A program made the position numbers and the translations under genes. Below, piece by piece: positions 18,698-26,400 of a stretch of 29,854 nt of DNA; positions within the stretch are counted from its first letter, which is position 1; each line of letters opens with the position of its first letter. The stretch comes from Chthoniobacteraceae bacterium. Its GTDB lineage: Bacteria; Verrucomicrobiota; Verrucomicrobiia; Chthoniobacterales; Chthoniobacteraceae. The notes under the pieces were generated by a model. That model had not been told where the DNA came from and made no database searches. It saw nothing but the letters and a program-made list of their open reading frames with translations. The DNA lies in assembly GCA_031409655.1 (NCBI GenBank), contig JANNXQ010000064.1:1-29854 (forward strand), written 5' to 3'.

Positions 18698-21238
18698 CTA
18701 AGGCTCCGGCGCCACCACTGCGAGCACCACGGGCTGGGTGAAATACTTCGCGGCCACCCGACGGATCTCTTCGACGGTCAGCGCCTCGATCTCCGCCCGC
18801 TGCCGCCGATAGTGGCTGTGGCCAAGCCCGTAGAGTTCATGCAGCGCGGCGTGGGTGGCAAAGGCGTGATTACTCTGATGCCGGATCTCCTGGGCACCGA
18901 TGATTTTCTCCTTCGCCCGCGCGACTTCCTCCGCGGTGAGCCCGCCGCTCGCGAGCTTGGCGATCTCTTCGAAGAGCGCCGCTTTCACGGCCTCGAGCTT
19001 GGCCGGATCGGTGCCGAGGTAAAATGAGAATGCCCCGCGAACGAGGCCCGAGGAGTTTGAACTGCCGACGAAATACGCCAGGCCCATCTCGTCGCGAATG
19101 CGCAGGAAAAGGCGGGAGCCGAGATCGCTGCAGGCTTCGTCGATGAGATCGAGCGCGGCTTCGTCGGGACTGAAAAAATCGACCCCCGGGAAACCCGCGA
19201 TCACCACGGCCTGCTCCTTGTCCTTCGTCCGCGTCACTTCGCGCCGCTCGGTCGGGGCTGCCGGTTGCGGCGCATTCACGAGCGCGGGTTCACCCGCGGG
19301 CATCTGCGCAAAGGCGCGCTCCACGAGTTCCTTCACTTCCGCGGCGCGCACGTCGCCGAAGATCGCGATCACGCCATTGCGCCCGACGAGGTGCCGGTCG
19401 CGGAAGGCCAGCAGATCGGCCTGCGTGAGTCCGGCCACGGATTCCGCAGTGCCGAGACCGGTGAGGCCATAGGGATGCCCGGCGAAAAGCTCCGCGCGGA
19501 AAAGATTTCGCGTCACCGTGGTCATCTCTTCCTCGTCCGTTTTGATGCCGGCGAGTTGTGCGTCCTTCTCCCGCGCAATCGCCTTCTCCGGCATCGTCGC
19601 CCGGAGCAGCACATCGGCGAGCACTTCGAGACCGAGCCCGAGATCCGGACGCAGCATCGCCGTGGCGACGCTCACGCTATTGCTCCCAGCATCGCTGCCG
19701 ATGCTCCCGCCCACGGCTTCGATCTCGTCCGCGAGTTGTTCGGCGGTGCGGTTTTTGGTGCCCTTGAGCAGCACGCGGGAGAAAAGTTTGGTGATCCCGT
19801 TTTTCTCCGGCGTCTCCGCGAGCAGGCCCGCCTTAAAGGCCGCGACCATCGAGACCAGCGGCAGACGCGCATCTTCCCGCACCAGGAGGCGCAGGCCATT
19901 CGCGAGTTCGAATTTCTGGATCTCACCCGCCGCCGTCACCGCCGCACTCGGCGCAGAGGCCGCGAGCGCACCTTCCGGATTGAGCGACGAGACCGTCATA
20001 TTCCCCCCGCGCAGATACGTCTCCAGCACGCGCCGCAGGTCCGCCTGCGAGACGCGCTGCACCGCTTCGAGATAGTCGCGCGAAAAATCGAGGTTGCGCG
20101 TCAGCAGCCAGTTTCCGCCGAGATCGGAGGCGCGGCCGCGCATCGTGGTCACAGCTTGAAGCTGATGACTGAGCGACATCTTCCGCGCCTTTTCCAGCTC
20201 CCGCTCGCTCCCGCCGCTGTCGTGCAGCTCCGCCAGCAGCCGCGCGATCTCCGCCTCGACGGCGACGCGCTTTTCCGGATCGAGCACCGCATCCACGCCA
20301 AAGAGCCCCGGCTGCCCCGGCGCATAGCACCACGCATCGATCGAATGCACGAGCGAGAGATCTTCCCGCAGCCGTCGATAGAGCCGCGAACTCCGCCCCG
20401 CGCCGAGGACCATCGCCAGCACATCGAGCGCCGGCACATCCGGATGCGTGATCGCCGGCACATGCCAGACCGCGTGCAGCCGCGTGAGCTCCGTGACAAA
20501 TTCCGTGTGCGCCTCCCGCCGCCCGAGTTGCTGCGGCTCCGCCGGGATGAAGACCGGCGGCAGACTCACGCGCGGGTGCGGCGCAAAAAGCTCGGAAAGC
20601 TGCGCCCGCACCTGCTCCGCATTCACATCGCCAGTAACGACGAAGAAGATGTTATTCGGCACGTAACGCGCCTGATAGTACGCCATCACTTCGTCGCGCG
20701 TTACCGCGTCGAAGATATCCAGATGCCCGATGATCGGGTGCCGATACGGATGCTCCCGATACGCCGTGGCGAAAAGCTGGTGACTCGCCACCCGATCCGG
20801 ATCGTCATTGCCCATCGCAAATTCTCGCCGAATCACCTCTTGCTCCTTCACAAATTCCTCCGCCGGCAGCGTCGAACTCATCATCGCATCCGCGAGCAAC
20901 TCGATCGCCACCGCCGCGCCCTTCGCCGGGATGTCGATCCAGTACACCGTGCGATCAAAGGAGGTGTAGGCATTGATGTAGCCCCCGGAGTCCTGAATGC
21001 GCTGGGCAAACTCACTCGCGCCCCGCGTCTTCGTCCCCTTGAAAAGCATGTGCTCCAGCATGTGCGACATCCCCGCGCCGAGATGCCGCCCTTCATGGAT
21101 GCTCCCCGTCTCCACCCACGCCTGCACGCTCACCACCGGCGAGCTGTGATCCTCCTGCACGATGATCCCCAGCCCATTGGGCAGAGTCCAGGTGCGGGCG
21201 TTGGCGGCGGGGAAAGTGATGATCTCGGGTGCGGACAT
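18698..21238 (-). CDS. M16 family (pitrilysin-like) zinc protease, two-module form
   Basis: LPNGL, HMLEH zinc motif, NAYTSFDRT, EQEVIRRE; second module with SRLF..IR...GLAY. Confidence 0.93.
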   Translation of the reverse strand: MSAPEIITFPAANARTWTLPNGLGIIVQEDHSSPVVSVQAWVETGSIHEGRHLGAGMSHMLEHMLFKGTKTRGASEFAQRIQDSGGYINAYTSFDRTVYWIDIPAKGAAVAIELLADAMMSSTLPAEEFVKEQEVIRREFAMGNDDPDRVASHQLFATAYREHPYRHPIIGHLDIFDAVTRDEVMAYYQARYVPNNIFFVVTGDVNAEQVRAQLSELFAPHPRVSLPPVFIPAEPQQLGRREAHTEFVTELTRLHAVWHVPAITHPDVPALDVLAMVLGAGRSSRLYRRLREDLSLVHSIDAWCYAPGQPGLFGVDAVLDPEKRVAVEAEIARLLAELHDSGGSERELEKARKMSLSHQLQAVTTMRGRASDLGGNWLLTRNLDFSRDYLEAVQRVSQADLRRVLETYLRGGNMTVSSLNPEGALAASAPSAAVTAAGEIQKFELANGLRLLVREDARLPLVSMVAAFKAGLLAETPEKNGITKLFSRVLLKGTKNRTAEQLADEIEAVGGSIGSDAGSNSVSVATAMLRPDLGLGLEVLADVLLRATMPEKAIAREKDAQLAGIKTDEEEMTTVTRNLFRAELFAGHPYGLTGLGTAESVAGLTQADLLAFRDRHLVGRNGVIAIFGDVRAAEVKELVERAFAQMPAGEPALVNAPQPAAPTERREVTRTKDKEQAVVIAGFPGVDFFSPDEAALDLIDEACSDLGSRLFLRIRDEMGLAYFVGSSNSSGLVRGAFSFYLGTDPAKLEAVKAALFEEIAKLASGGLTAEEVARAKEKIIGAQEIRHQSNHAFATHAALHELYGLGHSHYRRQRAEIEALTVEEIRRVAAKYFTQPVVLAVVAPEP

Positions 21239-21360
21239 GGGGTTGGATTAAAAGGCAGGACGGGTTTGCGGAGCAGACGCATCGTCATGGACGGCGCATT
21301 TGTCCAGCGGTCAGAGCAGTCCGCAGTCCATCACCGCAAAAGGGCGGCGGGCGAATTCCT

Positions 21361-21400
21361 CGTTCGGTGTTCGATGTTGGATGTTCGACGTTCGATGTTC
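21361..21400 (+). repeat. tandem heptamer array (CGATGTT) x about 5.5
   Basis: cgtt cggtgtt cgatgtt ggatgtt cgacgtt cgatgtt c, ending 13 nt before ATG 21414. Confidence 0.9.
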
Positions 21401-21413
21401 TATTCCTCTCCCC

Positions 21414-22301
21414 ATGCATCCCCTCTCCCGCCGCACCGCCCTCAAGACTGCCGCCTCCGCTGCGCTGCTCGCCGCCGCCGCACCTTTCACCCGCGCCCAG
21501 GAAAGCGCGAACATGCTCTACCGCTCGACCAAGGGCCGCATCAAACAGAGCGTCGTTCCTTGGTGTTTCAATCCCATGCCCGTGGAAGAACTCGCGCTCT
21601 TCGCCGTCGCCATGGGTCTGAAGTCCGTGGAACTCATCGACCCGAAACATTGGCCGATGCTCAAGGAACTGGATCTCACCTGCGCGATCGCCGGCTCGCA
21701 CGGTTTCGCCAAAGGTTTCGCGCACCAGGAAGAGTGGGACGAGTGCCTCGCGAAGCTGCGCCCGCGCATCGAAGAATGCGCCGCCTTTGGCTGCGAACGC
21801 GTGATCACTTTCTCTGGCTTCCGCCGCGGCCTCTCCGATGACGAAGGCATCGCGAACATGGTGGAAGGCCTGAAGAAGATCGTGCCTTTTGCGGAGAAAA
21901 AGAAAGTGACCCTCTGCCTCGAAATGCTGAACTCGCGCGTGCCCACGGAGATGAAAGGGCACCCGGATTACTTCTGCGACTCGATGGAGCGCAGCATCGA
22001 GATCTGCAAGCAGATCGGCTCTCCGCGGATGAAGATCCTTTTCGATCTCTACCATGTGCAGATCATGCACGGCGACGTGATCACCCGCATCAAGCAGCAC
22101 AAGGAATACATCGCGCACATTCACACCGCTGGCGTGCCGGGGCGCAATGAGATCGATGACACGCAGGAGCTGAACTATCCGGCGCTGATGCAGGCCCTGC
22201 TGGACATCGGCTACACGGGATTCGTCGGGCAGGAGTTCATCCCGGCGCGGGAGGATAAGATGGCGTCGCTGGCGCAGGGGGTGCGGATTTGCGACATCTG
22301 A
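21414..22301 (+). CDS. hydroxypyruvate isomerase-like TIM barrel protein with Tat signal
   Basis: SRRTALK twin-arginine leader, KGRIKQSV..WC, LEMLNS, LFDLYHVQIM.GD, HIHTAGVPGRNE, GFVGQEFIP. Confidence 0.88.
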   Translation: MHPLSRRTALKTAASAALLAAAAPFTRAQESANMLYRSTKGRIKQSVVPWCFNPMPVEELALFAVAMGLKSVELIDPKHWPMLKELDLTCAIAGSHGFAKGFAHQEEWDECLAKLRPRIEECAAFGCERVITFSGFRRGLSDDEGIANMVEGLKKIVPFAEKKKVTLCLEMLNSRVPTEMKGHPDYFCDSMERSIEICKQIGSPRMKILFDLYHVQIMHGDVITRIKQHKEYIAHIHTAGVPGRNEIDDTQELNYPALMQALLDIGYTGFVGQEFIPAREDKMASLAQGVRICDI

Positions 22302-22322
22302 GGGGGCGATGGGATCACAGGG

Positions 22323-22414
22323 AAACATCGAACTTCGAACGTCGAACATTGAACATCGAACGCGGGTGACGAGCCGTTCGATGTTCGGCGTTCGAAGTTC
22401 GATGTTCGATGTTT
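22323..22414. repeat. hairpin of inverted heptamer arrays (AACATCG)n / (CGATGTT)n
   Basis: Left arm 22323-22362, 12-nt loop, right arm 22375-22414; five full units per arm. Confidence 0.92.
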
Positions 22415-22450
22415 TGGCGCACGTCTGATCGGAAGTCCGCCCGAGCAAAC

Positions 22451-23125
22451 ATGCCCCTCCCATCCGCGAAGCCCGCTCCCTTCTACCCTTTCCTCACCGC
22501 TGCCGTGGTGGTGCTGAGTCTGGTCTCCTTTTTCATCTGGCAGCTCGGCTTCGGGGTGGATGAGTCGGTCCAGGAGGCGGGCTTTCTGCCCAAGGATTGG
22601 GCCAGCCTCGCGCCGCATCGGCGCGAGCACTACGTCCTGGCGACTTTCATGCACGGCGGGATCTTTCACGTGCTGGCCAATATGGGCGTGCTCTGGCTTT
22701 TCGGAACGCGGCTCGAGCGCTTGCTGGGGCCGTTCAAATTCGCGCTGATCTACATCTTCGCCTGCTACATCGGGCTCCGCGTCCATGTGCAGATCGACAC
22801 GCAATCCATCGCGCCGATGGTCGGCGCGGCCGGTGCCATCAGCGGCGTGCTGGGCGCGTGGCTCATGCTGCATCGCCACGAGGATCTCGACAGCCTCTGG
22901 CCGGACCGCCTGCCAGAACCACTCGCGAGCTGGCCGCTCTGGCTCACCACCTTTGTCTGGATCGGCCTCCAGGCGCTCTCGCACGCCACGTCCAGCGCGC
23001 ACTCCGGCGGCTTCCCAGCATATGCAGAAGTGATCGCCGGCCTCGGAGCCGGGGCCGCCGCGACCTATTTCATCAAACCGGAAAAGCGCCGCCGGAGGCC
23101 CGCGACCGGGATGGCGCCGAACTGA
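22451..23125 (+). CDS. rhomboid-family membrane protein lacking the catalytic serine (pseudoprotease)
   Basis: FMHGGIFHVLANM..LWLFG..LE rhomboid signature; MVGAAGAISG in place of VGASGA; six hydrophobic segments. Confidence 0.82.
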   Translation: MPLPSAKPAPFYPFLTAAVVVLSLVSFFIWQLGFGVDESVQEAGFLPKDWASLAPHRREHYVLATFMHGGIFHVLANMGVLWLFGTRLERLLGPFKFALIYIFACYIGLRVHVQIDTQSIAPMVGAAGAISGVLGAWLMLHRHEDLDSLWPDRLPEPLASWPLWLTTFVWIGLQALSHATSSAHSGGFPAYAEVIAGLGAGAAATYFIKPEKRRRRPATGMAPN

Positions 23126-23173
23126 GCGGGCGCTCGATGGGGACGCAACCGCCGCCCGCAGCACAGCGAATCG

Positions 23174-23452
23174 GAAACACCAAACTTCAAAACACGCCTA
23201 TCCGCTTTGTTCCCAAGCTTCCAGAAATGGAGACAGGATTCACAGGATTCAGAGGATTCCAGGATTTCGACAGAGGGAATCTCGTGAATCCTGCCAATCT
23301 TGATAATCCTGTCCAACTCTCCCGCAACTTGGCCCCGAACCGGATAGGCACGCTCCAAACTTCAAACGCCAAACGATGCGCCGCCCGCACTCCATCGCCC
23401 GACCGCCACGCTCGTTTGGAGTTTGGAGTTTGGAGTTTGAAGTTTAGCGTTC
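23174..23452. repeat. inverted heptamer arrays (AAACTCC)n / (GGAGTTT)n, left arm interrupted by an insertion
   Basis: Left units aaacacc aaacttc [insert] aaacttc aaacgcc aaacg (to 23375); right arm cgttt ggagttt ggagttt ggagttt gaagttt agcgttc (23413-23452). Confidence 0.85.
23197..23348. mobile_element. 152-bp MITE-like element with terminal inverted repeats and 4-bp target duplication
   Basis: Ends CCTATCCG...CGGATAGG, flanked by CACG at 23193-23196 and 23349-23352; arms align ungapped at 30 of the first 44 positions; core of inverted ACAGGATTC-like nonamers; no transposase. Confidence 0.75.
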
Positions 23453-23477
23453 TCATCCTTTTTCCACCGCACCCGCC

Positions 23478-26400
23478 ATGACCACCCGCCTCCTCGCCCT
23501 CCTCCTCACGTTTACCATCTTCGCCCGCGCCGAAGAAGCTCCCTTTGAGATCCTCGATGGCGACCGCGTCGTCTTCCTCGGCGACACCCTCCTCGAACGC
23601 GAAGGCAACTACGGCCACCTGGAGACGCGCCTAACCACGCAATTCCGCGACCGCCGCTTCACCGTGCGCAATCTCTCGTGGGCTGGCGAGACCCCGCTTG
23701 GCTGGTCCCGCGCGAGCTTCGATGCACCGGCGAAAGGCTTCGAGCGGCTCAAGGAAAACCTGGAGCTGGTGAAGCCCACGGTCGTCTTCCTCGGCTTCGG
23801 CATGGCCGCGAGCTTGCAGGAAATGACGGACCGCTCGCGCGACATCACGCTCAACGGCGACCCCGCGCGCTACGGTGCCGAGCCAATGTCCGCCGGGCGT
23901 TTCAAGCGCGAACTCAGCGAACTCATGGACGCCATCAAAGCACTCGATGCCACGAAGGAGGTGCGCTTCGTCCTGCTCTCGCCGCTGCGCCACGAAGACC
24001 TGCGGGCGCAGCGCCCCGGCCTGCCCGATCCCGCTGCGCACAATGCCCTGCTCGCCGACTACACCCAGGTGACCGCCGATCTCGCAAAGGAACGAAACGC
24101 CCGCTTCGTCGATCTCTTCCACCTCTGGAGCGAAAACGGCAAGGCCACTCGCACCATCATCCTCGATGAAGTGCGCGACGAGGTGACGCCCAATGGCATT
24201 CACCTTTCCTCCGGCGGCTACGCGATGCTCAGCGAGGAGATCGCCGCGAGCCTCGGCTGGAATATCGAGATGCCGACGACTACCGCGGAGTTCGTCCGCT
24301 GGGAGGCCACGCGCACCGCGCTGAACGTCGCCCTGCGCGATCTCATCGTGCGGAAAAACGAACTCTTCTTCCACCGCTTCCGCCCCGCGAATTCCACCTA
24401 CCTCTTCGGCTTCCGCAAACACGAGCAGGGCCAGAACGCCGCCGAGATTCCGAAGTTCGATCCGCTCATCGCCGCCGTGGAAGCAGAGATCGAAGCGCTG
24501 AAAAGGAGCGGTCAGCCCGCCGCACCTGCCGCAAAGAAGGCGCCCGTTTCCCTGAAAGATCTCGAGCCCCCGCCGCACCCGGGCTTCCAGGTGGCGGAGG
24601 GCTACCAGATCGAACTCTGGGCGGAAAATCCGCTGCTCGAAAAACCCGTGCAGATGAATTGGGACGCACTCGGCCGTCTCTGGGTCGCCAGTTCTTCGCT
24701 CTACCCGCAGATCGAACCCGGCGGCGTGGCCAACGACAAAATCCTCATCCTCGAAGACAAAGACCGCGACGGAAAAGCGGAGACCTCGAGCATTTTCAGC
24801 GACGACCTGCTGATCCCGACGGCGGTCGTGCCGGACGTCGTGAAGGATGAAAAAATCGAATCGCCGAAGGCCACTTCACTTCATCCTTCATCCCTCATCC
24901 TTCATCCTTCCGCCTGCTACGTCGGCCAGTCCACCGAACTCCTCCACCTCACCGACACCGACGGAGATGGCCGCGCGGATCGCACCCGCATCGTCTTCTC
25001 CGGCTTCGGCACCGAGGATACGCATCACCTCATCCACACCCTGCGCTGGGGACCAGACGGACGGCTCTATTTCAACCAAAGCATCTACATCCACTCCCAC
25101 CTCGAAACGCCGTGGGGCATGGTGCGGCTGAATAGCGGCGGCGTCTTCGCCTACGACCCGCGCACCGAGCGCGTCGAGGTCTATGTGAAGGGCTTCATCA
25201 ATACGTGGGGTCTCGCCTGGGATCAGTGGGGCCAGAGCTTTCACACCGACGGCGCCGGCGGCGGTGGCATCAACTGGGGCTTCCCCGGCGCGATGTTTGT
25301 GACCTATGAAGGCGCGCGGCAGATCCTCCCATCGATCAGCCCCGGCGCGTATCCGAAATTCGCCGGCCTCGAGATCCTCCACAGCCCCCACTTCCCCGCC
25401 GAGTGGCAGGGCAATGCGATCACCTGCGACTTCCGCGCGCACCGGATCGTGCGGTTTGAGATCAAAGACCTGGCGGTCGGAGAAGAGGAGAAGAGGAGAC
25501 AAGGAGACAAGGAGAACTCCGCCCTCTCCACTTCTACCAGTCTCCCAGCCTCCTCTTCTTCCCCCTCCTCCGGCTACGTCGCCACCGAGCAGCCCGACTT
25601 CATCCGCACGACCGACCTCAGCTTCCGCCCGATCGACGTGAAGCTCGGCCCCGACGGCGCGCTCTACGTGGCCGATTGGTCGAACCCGGTGATCAACCAC
25701 GGCGAAGTCGATTTCCGCGACCCGCGCCGCGACAAACACATGGGCCGCATCTGGCGCATCACGAAGAAGGACGCGCCACTGGTGAAGTGGGAGCCGTTGG
25801 TGGCGAAAGATGAGAAGGATTTGCTCGAAGGTCTGCGGTCCTCAAATGCGTGGGAAGTCGAACACGCGAGACGTGCGTTGATCGCAAAGCCAGAACGCAG
25901 TCCTGTGAAATTCCCATACGCCAATCTCAGGGGATCCCCCCCCCCATTATGGCCGCACGGGGAAACGCCGCAGCCGTTGGAAGAAATGCGAGTTGTGTTG
26001 GCGAGGGGGCAACAGCACGAGCTCGTCAGTCACCCATTGGTGAGCGATTTTGATCCCCGCTTGCGGGCGGCTTACTTGACTGGATTCGCGCGACAGATCA
26101 CCGCCGAAGCCCGGCATGTCCCGCTGCCCAGCGCGCCTTGGGGGACCATTGTCCCAATCGGATATCCTCCTCTCTTGGCCCTTCAACGTGATTCGAGCCC
26201 GAGGGTCCGCCTTGTCGCGATGCGCGCGCTGGCTCGCATTCCGCATTGGGTCAGCGCCTCGTTCGTGCTGGAAGCCGCCCTCAACCAACCCGGCGGCGAA
26301 GTCGGCAAGGTGAAGTCAGAGGCGCAGGGCGGAACGTTCGATAAGGCCACGTTCAGCGACACGAAAGATCCTTTCTACGGCTACGCGGCGTGGCTCTCGA

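Noticed and set aside
21316..21329. GCAGTCC x2 as another heptamer array
   Set aside because: Only two copies and no inverted partner.
21361..23452. Repeat clusters as a CRISPR array
   Set aside because: Units are 7-9 nt, tandem and inverted, with no 23-47-nt repeats separated by unique spacers and no cas genes.
23187..23618. 143-aa and 97-aa minus-strand ORFs over the nested element as a transposase
   Set aside because: Repeat-derived peptides, no DDE or HUH motif, too short.
25795..26250. Diversity-generating retroelement variable region
   Set aside because: No reverse transcriptase or template repeat in the window; kept only as a compositional anomaly.
26288..26368. Probable extra loop GGEVGKVKSEAQGGTFDKATFSDTK as a third repeat-derived insertion
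   Set aside because: No periodicity or inverted arm visible; insertion status needs an alignment.
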